DNA of 64,000 nucleotides from Gammaproteobacteria bacterium (lineage in GTDB: Bacteria; Pseudomonadota; Gammaproteobacteria; SZUA-229): contig JAJRUQ010000003.1 of assembly GCA_024277705.1 (NCBI GenBank), positions 4,963 to 68,962 on the forward strand, written 5' to 3'. A program made the position numbers and the translations under genes. How positions within the stretch are numbered: position 1 is the first letter of the stretch; each line of letters begins with the position of its first letter. Of the stretch, positions 11,248 to 20,788 are shown in pieces. The notes under the pieces were generated by a model. That model ran no database searches. It saw only the letters and a list, made by a program, of their open reading frames with translations, and was not told the DNA's origin.

Positions 11248-11559
11248 ATGGTACAGCAAACGACAGATATCCTCAGTGGTTACATTGTAGAAAATGAACC
11301 CCGGCTGACTTTGCGGCAGTTATGTGATGCCTGCGCAGTTCGAGCTGAATACATAATAGAGCTGGTGGATGAGGGCTTTATTGAACCCAGTGGCATAGAG
11401 CGGTCGCACTGGTGTTTTAGCGGGGTAAGCATTAAACGTGTGCAAAGAGCCCGGCGGCTGCAACAGGATCTGGGCATTAATCTTGCCGGTGTTGCACTGG
11501 CGGTAGAACTGATTGATGAAATTGAGCATTTGCGGGCAAGGCTGGAAAGACAGAAGTAA
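11248..11559 (+). CDS. cbpM: chaperone modulatory protein CbpM (MerR-like)
   Basis: 103-aa ORF starting 4 nt after cbpA. The size and position are typical of the cbpAM operon. Confidence 0.8.
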   Translation: MVQQTTDILSGYIVENEPRLTLRQLCDACAVRAEYIIELVDEGFIEPSGIERSHWCFSGVSIKRVQRARRLQQDLGINLAGVALAVELIDEIEHLRARLERQK

Positions 11560-11864
11560 AGCGTGTATCAAGCTGTTACTGTTTTGTACAGAATCCGACC
11601 GTTTTTGTGGTATTAATGTGGTGTTTTTTATAGCAAAACACGTTAAGCAGCAGGCAAAGCGGCTGTTTTTCTGGTAGAATGCCTGTTTTTAACGCTACGT
11701 TCTAACAGCTGCATTTTGCAGCCATTCCGGTGGTTCGCAGGTTGTGCTAAATCAGCACTGCACTATTCTCTGTTGTTAGATTTCAACGTCATAATATCTG
11801 CATTATCGCAGCCGAGTTGCCTGGCCAACAGGGTCAGGTTTTGCATCTAAGTCATGAGGACCCA

Positions 11865-13598
11865 ATGAGATTAACAGCACTGTTTCCATTTCTTGCCTGG
11901 TTTAAATTAGTAACAAAAGAAAGCATTAAAGCGGATCTCATGGCCGGTTTAACCGGAGCTGTTATCGTATTACCGCAAGGGGTTGCGTTTGCCACGATTG
12001 CGGGCCTGCCTCCCGAGTATGGCTTGTACACCGCCATGGTTACTCCTATTGTAGCAGCGTTGTTCGGCTCTTCTTTTCATCTGGTCTCCGGACCGACCAC
12101 CGCGATTTCTATCGTAGTTTTTTCATCAATCAGTCATCACGCAGTACCGGGAAGTCCTGAGTTTTTAAGTCTGGCATTAACGCTTACTTTTCTTGCCGGT
12201 GTTTATCAGTTAGCTTTTGGCCTCGCCCGCCTGGGTGCTCTGGTTAACTTTGTGTCGCATACGGTGGTGATAGGCTTTACTGCAGGCGCTGCTATATTGA
12301 TTGTCACCAGTCAGATGAAACATATTTCCGGTATTTATGTCCCTAAAGGTGAAACGTTTTTGCATAGCTGGGTGGATCTTTTTAAGGGCCTGGACAGTCT
12401 TAATATTTATCTGCTGATGATAGCCCTGGCGACACTTTTTACCGCCTTACTGGTTAAAAAATTAATGCCAAAGCTGCCGAACCTGCTGTTTGGTATGGTA
12501 GTCGGTAGTGTGATTGCAATGTTTTTGCAGGATTACACCACAGGTATAAAACTGGTGGGTGAGATACCGGCACATTTGCCACCGTTTTCAATGCCGGATA
12601 TTTCACTCAGCAGTCTTAAAATGCTGGCCCCGGAAGCCTTTGCTGTGGCCCTGCTGGGACTGATCGAAGCGGTATCCATCAGCCGCTCGGTGGCAACCAG
12701 GTCTAATCAGCGAATTAATCCTAATCAGGAATTTATCGGTCAGGGCATGTCGAATATATTCGGCAGCTTTTTTTCAAGTTATGCCGGTTCGGGTTCTTTC
12801 ACCCGCACCGGGGTGAATTTCGAAGCCGGTGCTAAAACCCCTTTATCTGCTATTTTTGCCGCGATGGCACTGATGATTATTGTTTTGTTGATCGCGCCAC
12901 TAACGGCTTATCTGCCGGTAGCCGCCATGGGCGGTATTATTCTGCTGGTCGCCTATAACCTGATTGATTTTCACCATATCTCGCAGATATTAACCTTTAG
13001 CAAATCAGAATCAGCTATTTTACTGACAACGTTTTTTGCGACTTTATTTCTCGAGCTGGAATTTGCCATTTACCTGGGTGTGCTGTTATCTCTGGTGCTG
13101 TTTCTGGCGAAAACATCGACACCGCGGATACCAACATTATCCATTGATGATATGCCGGACCGGGGTAGCAGAAAGTTAATTAATATTTCGAAAAAGCCGC
13201 TTAAGCAATGTCCGCAGATAAAGTTTATCCGTATTGATATGTCGATTTATTTTGGTTCGATCAATCATATTCAGAAGCGTATTGCAAGAATCGCTGACAG
13301 TGAGCGGGTCTACAATATTGTGATCATTGGTAGCGGGATTAATTTTATTGACCTTGCCGGGGCGGAAGCGCTGGTGGCGGAAAATAATCGTTTGAAAAAA
13401 CAGAATGGCGGCCTGTATTTTGTTGGTCTGAAATCATCAGTTTATGAGTTTGCAGCAAAATCCTGTTTTATTAAACATATCGGAAATGATCACTTTTTTG
13501 ATTCCAAGTCGCTTGCGATTCATAGTATTTATAAACGCCTCGATAAAACGATTTGTGCAACATGTAATGCACTTATTTTTAAGGAATGCCAGCTGTAA
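11865..13598 (+). CDS. SulP family anion transporter with C-terminal STAS domain
   Basis: Polytopic protein with SulP signature regions (LPQGVAFATIAGLPPEYGLY, SRS..NQEFIGQGMSN) and a STAS-like tail. The start is taken at ATG 11865; the track begins at TTG 11817. Confidence 0.9.
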   Translation: MRLTALFPFLAWFKLVTKESIKADLMAGLTGAVIVLPQGVAFATIAGLPPEYGLYTAMVTPIVAALFGSSFHLVSGPTTAISIVVFSSISHHAVPGSPEFLSLALTLTFLAGVYQLAFGLARLGALVNFVSHTVVIGFTAGAAILIVTSQMKHISGIYVPKGETFLHSWVDLFKGLDSLNIYLLMIALATLFTALLVKKLMPKLPNLLFGMVVGSVIAMFLQDYTTGIKLVGEIPAHLPPFSMPDISLSSLKMLAPEAFAVALLGLIEAVSISRSVATRSNQRINPNQEFIGQGMSNIFGSFFSSYAGSGSFTRTGVNFEAGAKTPLSAIFAAMALMIIVLLIAPLTAYLPVAAMGGIILLVAYNLIDFHHISQILTFSKSESAILLTTFFATLFLELEFAIYLGVLLSLVLFLAKTSTPRIPTLSIDDMPDRGSRKLINISKKPLKQCPQIKFIRIDMSIYFGSINHIQKRIARIADSERVYNIVIIGSGINFIDLAGAEALVAENNRLKKQNGGLYFVGLKSSVYEFAAKSCFIKHIGNDHFFDSKSLAIHSIYKRLDKTICATCNALIFKECQL

Positions 13599-13849
13599 AT
13601 GCCTGAAAATTTATGTTATCAGGGACGCTATTATCGCTGTGTAAAATCATATCAGATTAATTTACACTCATAGTGTCAGCTTGAATTTGGCGCTACCGCA
13701 GGCTGAAGCGGCTTTAACAGTGTAGTCAGCCGGTAAGCTGTATTAGAACCGCAATATTATCGGTTTCAAGTGTTATTTATCTTTACAGTTATCTTATGAC
13801 AGGTTTCTTTATTTTATAAACCATTTTGTAAAACAATAACTTAAAAAGT

Positions 13850-13865
13850 TGGCTCGATAGTTGCT
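13850..13865 (+). promoter_or_regulatory. sigma-54 type -24/-12 promoter
   Basis: TGGCTCGATAGTTGCT matches TGGCACG-N4-TTGCW with correct GG/GC spacing and one mismatch. It lies about 38 nt upstream of ATG 13903, with the SD GGAGAGG in between. Confidence 0.6.
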
Positions 13866-13902
13866 TTTGTTATATTAATGAAGTTTAACTGGAGAGGGTG
13901 TC

Positions 13903-14511
13903 ATGAAGTTTATTAAGTTACTGTCAGTAAGCGCAGTGTTATTGTTATCAAGCGGTGCGCAAGCTGCCATTATTTATGATAATGGTGGCCCTAATACTGA
14001 GAATGGCTGGTCTATTCTGGGTAGTAATCAGATAAATGATAATTTTAGTTTATCCGGTACACAGAGTATCCGTTCGGTCGGTTTTTACTTTCAAAATTAT
14101 GATGGCATTACCGGTTGGAATCAGGACATAAGCTATAACATTTACGCAGATAATAATGGTGTTACCGGTAATCTTATCGCTTCCGGCGCGGGTCAGAATG
14201 TGACTCCGACTGATTCAGGTCTGCCCTGGTGTTGTGGTGGCAATGCCTGGTTAGTTGAATTTGACCTTGTTTCTACTGTTACCCTGGCTGCGGGTAATTA
14301 CTGGTTAGGTCTTACCGGTGCCAGCAGTACCAACAACGCTGCATGGTGGGTCACTACTAATTATATCGATGGTTCCAGTATTGGTGGCGTCGATTTTGCC
14401 TATTATCTTGATAGTTCACGAGTGTCTGCAATACCGGTTCCTGCAGCCGTCTGGTTGTTTGCTTCCGGGCTGATGGGTCTGGCTGGTGTTGCCAGACGCA
14501 GGCAAGTATAA
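13903..14511 (+). CDS. secreted protein with PEP-CTERM-type C-terminal sorting domain
   Basis: Signal peptide (MKFIKLLSVSAVLLLSSGAQA). The C-terminus is VSAIPVPAAVWLFASGLMGLAGVARRRQV, i.e. a motif, a hydrophobic helix and then an Arg cluster. Confidence 0.85.
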   Translation: MKFIKLLSVSAVLLLSSGAQAAIIYDNGGPNTENGWSILGSNQINDNFSLSGTQSIRSVGFYFQNYDGITGWNQDISYNIYADNNGVTGNLIASGAGQNVTPTDSGLPWCCGGNAWLVEFDLVSTVTLAAGNYWLGLTGASSTNNAAWWVTTNYIDGSSIGGVDFAYYLDSSRVSAIPVPAAVWLFASGLMGLAGVARRRQV

Positions 14512-14535
14512 GCATTTTTTATCGATTGCTTGTAA

Positions 14536-14569
14536 TAAAAAGACGGCTTTCAGGCCGTCTTTTTATTTT
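14536..14569. terminator. intrinsic terminator hairpin between convergent genes
   Basis: AAAAAGACGGC-tttcag-GCCGTCTTTTTATTTT. The stem is flanked by an A-run and a T-run, so it could terminate both strands. Confidence 0.75.
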
Positions 14570-14587
14570 GTGGTAGCCAGCCTGTTG

Positions 14588-14875
14588 TTACACATCAGAA
14601 ACGGCAGAAACGGTTTTTTCTGTTTTATCTGCAGGGTTTATGTATAACACTTCAATCACGCTTCGAGTTTGCCTGCTAAGGCTTGTTGTATAGTCAAAAG
14701 CAGGGACTAACGGGTCGTTACTGGTAATTAATACGACTCGGCTTTGCCTGCCAGACGAAGGGGTGCTCAGGTTTTGTCTTTCAATCTGATGTGCTGTCGC
14801 GGACATTTCACCCATATGCTGTGCGGTTAGGCCCTGTCCTATTTGTTGTATTACCTGTTTTAATGATTCCAGCAT
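14588..14875 (-). CDS. hypothetical protein, short paralog of the 200-aa protein at 16951..17553
   Basis: 95 aa with SD AGGAGA 7 nt upstream of the ATG and a 25-nt gap after the permease gene. It shares the GL(T/A)xQxxG(E/D)xxxT and (V/I)xxIxxxxxxxxxxDY motifs with the upstream protein. Confidence 0.6.
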   Translation of the reverse strand: MLESLKQVIQQIGQGLTAQHMGEMSATAHQIERQNLSTPSSGRQSRVVLITSNDPLVPAFDYTTSLSRQTRSVIEVLYINPADKTEKTVSAVSDV

Positions 14876-14900
14876 TATTCGTCTCCTACTTGTGCAAACG

Positions 14901-16889
14901 TTAAAATATCAGGTTCATCATCGTCATCATGACCAGTAGAAACAATATGGTCATAACACCACCGGCTTTTAAAAAGTCAGCGACCCGGTAACCGGCTGGT
15001 CCCATGATCAATGCATTCACCTGATGGGTCGGGATAAGAAAAGAGTTGGAGGTGGCGATAGCGACCGTCAGTGCGAACACGGCAGGATTGGCGCCAGCGC
15101 CGATAGCAATATTGACTGCCAGTGGCACCAGCAGAACCGTCGCACCGACATTGGACATCACCAGAGTAAAAAAAGTGGCCAGGATGGCGACAGCGGTCTG
15201 GATTACCCAGATGTCCATATGGCCGACCACGGCTAATACCTGTTCGGCAATCCACTTGGCTGTGCCGCTGGTTTCAACTGCCAGGCCCAGCGGGATAAGT
15301 GAGGCAAGTAAAAATACGGTTTTCCAGCTTACCGCCTCATAAGCTTCTTCAATGGTTAATACTCCGGATAACACCATGCCCATGGCACCGGTTAACAGGG
15401 CTACAGAAAGACGAATATCGGTAAACAGCACCATGAAGAGCGCCAGCCCAAAAAAGATGGATGCCGGCAGTATTTTGTTTGGCCGCACTTCTTCTGCACG
15501 TGGATATTCGGTGGTAACCACAACAAAATCATTGTTTTTCTCAATTCTTTCCAGTGCCAGCCAAGGAGTGTGGACGACCAGCGTGTCACCGGGATGAAAT
15601 TCCATATTGCGGATGTCGTCCCCTTCACGCAGGGTTTTACCATCACGATGTAAACCAATCATCGCCAGACCATAGGTTTTGCGCATCCAGATATCGCGTG
15701 CGCTTTTGCCGATTAGACTGGAGCCCGGCGGAATGACTATTTCGGCAACACCGGCTTTTGAGGCTGAAAGATCTTCTGAAAAAGTATTCAGCTTTGTGAG
15801 TTTTTTCAGTTCATATTTTTCCACAAAGTGGGCAACGTCGTTGGGGTCAGCAATGATGCCAAGCACCATACCGGCTTCAATTTCGACATCACGTGCCAGT
15901 GAACCGGGTCCGATTCGTTTACCGTCATTTTTACGTTTGGTGGCAATAATGCGAATACGGTAGGCGCTCTCAACATCATCAAGATGGTTGCCAATCAGAG
16001 GGCTTTCACTGGTGACAACAAGTTCGGACAGTGAGTAATTAACGCCATAAACGTCCTGAAAATATTGCATGGAGTCGGAGCCGCTGGTACTGCTTTCTGT
16101 TTTCGTTTTGGGTAGAACAAAACGACCGGCAACAACAAAATAGGCGATGCCGGTAAAAATTAATGTCACCCCCACGGGTGTTACCGAGAATAATCCCCAG
16201 GTTTCCATCTGCTGTTCGGCAGGCAGAGCTTTGTTGGAAGTGAGGATTAAATCGTTGAGTAAAATTAACGGACTGGAGCCAACCATGGTCATGGTGCCCC
16301 CAAGAATGGCGGTAAATCCCATTGGCATCAGTAAGCGTGACATGGGTATTCCTGAACGTGCTGAAATACGCGCGACCACGGGCAGGAAAAGCGCGGCGGC
16401 GCCAACGTTTTGCATGAAAGAAGAGATGAAACCAACGGTGGCAGAAATAATCGGTATGATGCGTTTTTCGGTAGTGCCACCGATGTTTAGAATGAAGGCA
16501 GCGACTTTGCTCATGATGCCGGTTTTGTCGAGCCCGGCACCGATGATCATGACCGCAATAATGGACATTACGGCATTAGACGCAAAACCATCAAACAGAT
16601 GTTTGTTATCCACCAGCCCCTGCTCCAGTCCCATATAGGGGGCAAGTAATGTGGTCAGCCCCAGTAGCACCATAATACTGGCCGCCGCTACATCAACACC
16701 GACAATCTCAAAGGCAAAAAGATAAATGGTGAGTAGCAGAATGGCGCACACCCAGGCGATCTCAATCGTGGGTACAATACCGGCGAGGTATATTGTCAGT
16801 ATGCTAAAAATAACCGCCGCAATAACCTGTTTGCGGGTGATGATTCCTGGTTTTGTGATGGTTTGTTCTTCATCCGCAAGTTTGTTCAT
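14901..16889 (-). CDS. SLC13/DASS-type (ArsB/NhaD superfamily) anion permease with two central TrkA-C (RCK_C) domains
   Basis: 662 aa. Two polytopic halves are separated by a soluble segment of about 200 aa containing two TrkA-C-like repeats (LSELVVTSESPLIGNHL... and VAEIVIPPGSSLIGKSA...). Confidence 0.85.
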   Translation of the reverse strand: MNKLADEEQTITKPGIITRKQVIAAVIFSILTIYLAGIVPTIEIAWVCAILLLTIYLFAFEIVGVDVAAASIMVLLGLTTLLAPYMGLEQGLVDNKHLFDGFASNAVMSIIAVMIIGAGLDKTGIMSKVAAFILNIGGTTEKRIIPIISATVGFISSFMQNVGAAALFLPVVARISARSGIPMSRLLMPMGFTAILGGTMTMVGSSPLILLNDLILTSNKALPAEQQMETWGLFSVTPVGVTLIFTGIAYFVVAGRFVLPKTKTESSTSGSDSMQYFQDVYGVNYSLSELVVTSESPLIGNHLDDVESAYRIRIIATKRKNDGKRIGPGSLARDVEIEAGMVLGIIADPNDVAHFVEKYELKKLTKLNTFSEDLSASKAGVAEIVIPPGSSLIGKSARDIWMRKTYGLAMIGLHRDGKTLREGDDIRNMEFHPGDTLVVHTPWLALERIEKNNDFVVVTTEYPRAEEVRPNKILPASIFFGLALFMVLFTDIRLSVALLTGAMGMVLSGVLTIEEAYEAVSWKTVFLLASLIPLGLAVETSGTAKWIAEQVLAVVGHMDIWVIQTAVAILATFFTLVMSNVGATVLLVPLAVNIAIGAGANPAVFALTVAIATSNSFLIPTHQVNALIMGPAGYRVADFLKAGGVMTILFLLVMMTMMNLIF

Positions 16890-16950
16890 TATTCCACTTT
16901 AAACGGCTTATGTTCTGCAGTAACCGGGCTATATTCGGTAGTTTGTTATA

Positions 16951-17553
16951 TCAGGCTGCAGAACGTTGCTGATTCCTGGTAGCAGAAAGCGGGTCGTCAA
17001 TCAGCACCAGAGGAATCTGGATGCCGCTTTTTTGTTGCGGCAAAATCTCTTCAATGAGTACTCTGGTGACTGCATCATCGGGCATTGAAATCATAAAAAT
17101 CAGAGAAGGATGCTGGCTGATGTATTCAACGATGTTATCAATAGTGCTGTTTTTAAATCGCATTTTGCGGCAGGCAAGACCGGCCTGTTTTATTTTATTT
17201 TCCAGTGCGGTGATATTTTTTAATGCGGTATCACCATGAATCAGGAGGTCAATGTGTGCATTTTGCCGCAGGCAGGTATCAATAGCGTAGTCCAGAGGTG
17301 CATCAAGGCCGCTGCCATTACTAATAAATGCAATGTGCTTCGTGGTTGTTGCGGCTTCAATTTTATGCGTTTCAGTTATTTTGCTTTCAGTTTTGGCCGC
17401 TGTGCTGGCGACTTTAGCAGAATTTCCTGAGTCTTTACCGAGGAATTTTATCTTCTCACTGGTGGATAAAAAATCGCCCGCATCCTGGTAGGCCAGTCCC
17501 GTTAATATACGTTTTAAATCTTCGCTAAGTTTTGCCATGATCGGTGTTCTCAT
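16951..17553 (-). CDS. hypothetical protein; the C-terminal half is tentatively universal-stress-protein-like
   Basis: 200-aa first gene of the sigma-54 operon. The pattern HIAFISNGSGLDAPLDYAIDTCLRQNAHIDLLIHGD resembles the first strand-helix-strand of USP-fold proteins. There is no firm family assignment. Confidence 0.6.
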   Translation of the reverse strand: MRTPIMAKLSEDLKRILTGLAYQDAGDFLSTSEKIKFLGKDSGNSAKVASTAAKTESKITETHKIEAATTTKHIAFISNGSGLDAPLDYAIDTCLRQNAHIDLLIHGDTALKNITALENKIKQAGLACRKMRFKNSTIDNIVEYISQHPSLIFMISMPDDAVTRVLIEEILPQQKSGIQIPLVLIDDPLSATRNQQRSAA

Positions 17554-17583
17554 TAATTAATGGTTATCCTCTACTTTTATTAG

Positions 17584-17599
17584 TGCAACTGTCGTGCCA
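17584..17599 (-). promoter_or_regulatory. sigma-54 -24/-12 promoter (consensus match)
   Basis: The minus strand reads TGGCACGACAGTTGCA, which equals TGGCACG-N4-TTGCA. It lies just upstream of the SD GAGGA (17567..17571) and ATG 17553. Confidence 0.8.
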
Positions 17600-17659
17600 G
17601 TAATGTTTTTTTTAACAGGTTGATTTTATTGGTTTTTAATGAAAGATGAGGCGGTCAGC

Positions 17660-17676
17660 TGTTGCATTTAGCAACA
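17660..17676. promoter_or_regulatory. putative enhancer (UAS) site 1, perfect palindrome
   Basis: TGTTGC-ATTTA-GCAACA, about 75 bp upstream of the -24/-12 element. Confidence 0.55.
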
Positions 17677-17740
17677 CCGGTAATGCATTATTGGCAGTTA
17701 AATGCAGAGTAAAGCGCATGGTGCATAAGTGTGGTAGCAT

Positions 17741-17757
17741 TGTTGCAATATGTAACA
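17741..17757. promoter_or_regulatory. putative enhancer (UAS) site 2
   Basis: TGTTGC-AATAT-GTAACA has the same half-site and spacing as site 1. The centres are 81 bp apart. Confidence 0.5.
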
Positions 17758-17774
17758 CATGGTTGCGTTTTGTT

Positions 17775-19280
17775 ATGGCTGCTTTTTTTGATCTGACCAG
17801 TTTGCGGGGAAAAATCACCAGTGCGTATATCACACTGGTTTTCAGTACAGCGGTGCTTGGTATTATTGCGGTTTCTGACTTGCTGTTTCTTGAGCGCCAG
17901 GTGACGGAAGGAGAAGTGGTTTCTGATCTGAAAGATGCGGTTCTGGATATGCGGCGTGAGGAAAAAAACCTGTTTCTCTATGCCGATGCCAGCGCATTGA
18001 TAAGTGCGGATAATTATGCAGTGCTCTCCCTGAAAATGATACAGCAGGACCGGCCGGTATTGGTTGCCGTGATGTCTGAGTCATTTCTGCTGGATATGTC
18101 AAAAAATATAGAGCGGTATCGCGCTAAGCTGGCAGACTGGAAAGTTGAACTCTCTGGTGAGCAAAAATCCCTGCAGGAAGAAATACGGTTGCTGGGGCAT
18201 CAACTCACACTTTCTGTTGAAGGTTTGTCCCGGCAGGAGCGTCGTATGCTGGAGCTGGCTGTGCGCGAGTCTTTATGGTTTCTGTTGCTGTCTATGTTTA
18301 TTATCGGGTTTTCGATTTATATCATCGGGCGTCAGTTGAAACGGGTTGTTGTCACCCCGATCAAGCAACTGGAATCCAGTTTACTGCCTATCGCCAGAGG
18401 TCGTTTTGACCATCTGGAGCCACCCTCAGATGATCGCGAATTTGTTGCTTTTACCCGTGCCTTTAATCGAATGTTAAAGGAGCTGGAAACACATCAGAAA
18501 CGTATGCTGCAATCTGAAAAACTGGCCTCTCTGGGAATTCTTGCCTCCGGGGTAGCGCATGAGTTGAATAATCCATTGTCCAATATTTCATCCTCCTGTC
18601 AGTTGCTTATGGAAGAGGTAAACGAAGCGGATGGCGAACAGATTAATAAATGGTTGCAGCAGATTGACAGTGAAACAGAGCGTGGCCGGAATATCGTTCG
18701 AACCCTGCTGGATTTTGGCAGTCAGCATGTTTTTCAGAAAGGTCGAACGAAATTACTTGACCTGATTAAAGAAACACAACTGATTTTTGGAAAAACACTG
18801 CAACAGTCTTCTGCCGAATTAACGGTTAAGGTATCGGAAAACCTGTATCTGGATGTTGATAAACAGCGTATTCAGCAATTATTGATCAATTTGATTCAGA
18901 ATGCCTTACATGCAGGTGGTAAAGGTGTGCATATACGAATTACGGCGGCGTTATGTGACAACGGCGTTTCGATGATGCCTGTAGATGCTGAGGTGGTGGG
19001 TGACCGTAACTGCATGAGTGATTATGACGGGCGTTTTATCGAAATACTGGTTGCTGATGATGGTCCCGGTATTGCTGCAGAGTTATTGTCAAAAGTATTC
19101 GACCCGTTTTTTACCAGCAGTGAAGCCGGGCACGGTGACGGGCATGGTATTGGTCTGGGCTTATATATTGTCCATGAAATTGTACGTGAACATGACGGCT
19201 GTTTAGCGATTACTTCGCAACCGGGTAAAGGTACGCAGATTATTGTTTTGCTGCCGGCCGGAGATACGTTGCATGCTTGA
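17775..19280 (+). CDS. sensor histidine kinase (two TM segments, periplasmic sensor, HAMP, HisKA, HATPase)
   Basis: H-box GVAHELNNPLSNI, N-box LINLIQNALHA, and G-boxes DDGPGI and GIGLGLYIV. The start is taken at ATG 17775; the track ORF starts at 17646 inside the control region. Confidence 0.9.
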   Translation: MAAFFDLTSLRGKITSAYITLVFSTAVLGIIAVSDLLFLERQVTEGEVVSDLKDAVLDMRREEKNLFLYADASALISADNYAVLSLKMIQQDRPVLVAVMSESFLLDMSKNIERYRAKLADWKVELSGEQKSLQEEIRLLGHQLTLSVEGLSRQERRMLELAVRESLWFLLLSMFIIGFSIYIIGRQLKRVVVTPIKQLESSLLPIARGRFDHLEPPSDDREFVAFTRAFNRMLKELETHQKRMLQSEKLASLGILASGVAHELNNPLSNISSSCQLLMEEVNEADGEQINKWLQQIDSETERGRNIVRTLLDFGSQHVFQKGRTKLLDLIKETQLIFGKTLQQSSAELTVKVSENLYLDVDKQRIQQLLINLIQNALHAGGKGVHIRITAALCDNGVSMMPVDAEVVGDRNCMSDYDGRFIEILVADDGPGIAAELLSKVFDPFFTSSEAGHGDGHGIGLGLYIVHEIVREHDGCLAITSQPGKGTQIIVLLPAGDTLHA

Positions 19281-20664
19281 ATCGAATTCAAATAACGGTC
19301 GCCTGTTAATTATTGATGATGAAGCGGCGGCGGTAGAAAATCTGGCTCATGTCTGTCGCAAACAGGGATATGAAGTTACCACCCGGATGTCGGGTGTGGC
19401 GGCGTTAGAGGTTCTGGATAAGAAGCCGTTTGATGTGGTGCTTACCGACCTGCAAATGGAAAAAGTTGATGGCATGGCTGTGTTGCGACGGGTAAAGGAG
19501 GTTTCACCACAAACCATGGTGATTTTGATCACCGGTTTTGCGACACTGGATTCAGCCATCGCAGCGATGAAAGCTGGAGCCTTTCATTATATAGCCAAAC
19601 CTTTTCGCCTTGATGAAGTGCGGGAAGTGGTGCGCAAGGCCATGGAAATGGTCAGGCTTAGACAGGAAAACCAGCAGCTGAAACAACAGTTGGGCAATAA
19701 TAGCCAGCGTGGTCCTTATATTATTACCCAGGATATAACTATGCAGCGGCTATTGGCAACAGCGCGGCAGGTTGCGCCTACCGAGACCAATGTTTTAATC
19801 ACCGGCGAAAGCGGTACCGGCAAAGAGCTTCTTGCCAGATTTCTTCATACTTACAGCGGTAGAAACGATAAGCCTTTTCAAGCGGTTAATTGCGGTGCAT
19901 TACAGGAGGAGCTGTTAGCCAACGAGCTTTTTGGTCACGAAAAAGGTGCCTATACAGGAGCAACCGAATCACGCCAGGGGCTGATTGAAGCGGCAGATGG
20001 CGGTACGGTGTTTCTTGATGAAATAGCTGAAATGTCACTTGGCATGCAGGTGAAGCTGCTAAGGGTTATCCAGGAGCGGGAAGTACAGCGTCTGGGGTCA
20101 AGTCAGGCTATAGCGGTAGATGTTCGTCTGATAGCGGCCACTCATCGTGACCTGCGAGATGAAATTGCTGCTGGTCGTTTTCGTCAGGATTTGTATTACC
20201 GTCTTGATGTGGTCGGCCTGCAGCTGCCACCGTTGGCCGAGCGCCGGGATGATGTGCCGCTACTGGCTTTTTATTTTTTGCGCAAACATGCCGCCCGTAT
20301 GAACAGAGATATTGATGATATTGATTCTGCTGCCATGGCATCGTTGCTGGATTATGACTACCCGGGAAATATCCGTGAGCTTGAGAATATTATAGAACGC
20401 GGGGTTGCGCTGGCGCAGGGGAGGCATCTGTCGGTGGCGGATTTGCCTGCTATTCTGGTTGAACATACTGTGCAGGTGGTACGAAAAAAATCCGGTAAGC
20501 TGCCGACACTGGCCGAGCGGGAGGCCAGTTATATTCGTTATGTACTGGAGCGCAGTGGACAGAATCGTACGCGAGCAGCAAAAATACTGGGTATTGACCG
20601 GGTATCACTATGGCGAAAACTAAAGAAATACGGGATGGAAGAAGCAGATGGATTTGATGACTGA
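19273..20664 (+). CDS. sigma-54-dependent response regulator (NtrC/AtoC family enhancer-binding protein)
   Basis: Receiver domain (IIDDE...DVVLTDLQM), an AAA+ core with GESGTGKE, the sigma-54 contact loop GAYTGA, and a C-terminal HTH. The ATG at 19273 overlaps the kinase stop. Confidence 0.93.
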   Translation: MLESNSNNGRLLIIDDEAAAVENLAHVCRKQGYEVTTRMSGVAALEVLDKKPFDVVLTDLQMEKVDGMAVLRRVKEVSPQTMVILITGFATLDSAIAAMKAGAFHYIAKPFRLDEVREVVRKAMEMVRLRQENQQLKQQLGNNSQRGPYIITQDITMQRLLATARQVAPTETNVLITGESGTGKELLARFLHTYSGRNDKPFQAVNCGALQEELLANELFGHEKGAYTGATESRQGLIEAADGGTVFLDEIAEMSLGMQVKLLRVIQEREVQRLGSSQAIAVDVRLIAATHRDLRDEIAAGRFRQDLYYRLDVVGLQLPPLAERRDDVPLLAFYFLRKHAARMNRDIDDIDSAAMASLLDYDYPGNIRELENIIERGVALAQGRHLSVADLPAILVEHTVQVVRKKSGKLPTLAEREASYIRYVLERSGQNRTRAAKILGIDRVSLWRKLKKYGMEEADGFDD

Positions 20665-20788
20665 TAAAACAGAGCTTCTCCGGACTGCTCGCACCATCTC
20701 CCTGGCTCTGTGTGATATGGCGTGCATCACTGGTATCGTCACACCGCCATCCCTGGCTCCTTACGACATATCGTCCATCCCTGGACAT

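Noticed and set aside
14977-16638. Many plus- and minus-frame ORFs overlapping the SLC13 permease gene (for example 15046..15342, 15679..15963 and 16147..16638).
   Set aside because: The 662-aa minus-strand frame has clear transporter and TrkA-C character. The others are frame shadows with Arg/Ser/Pro-rich low-complexity translations.
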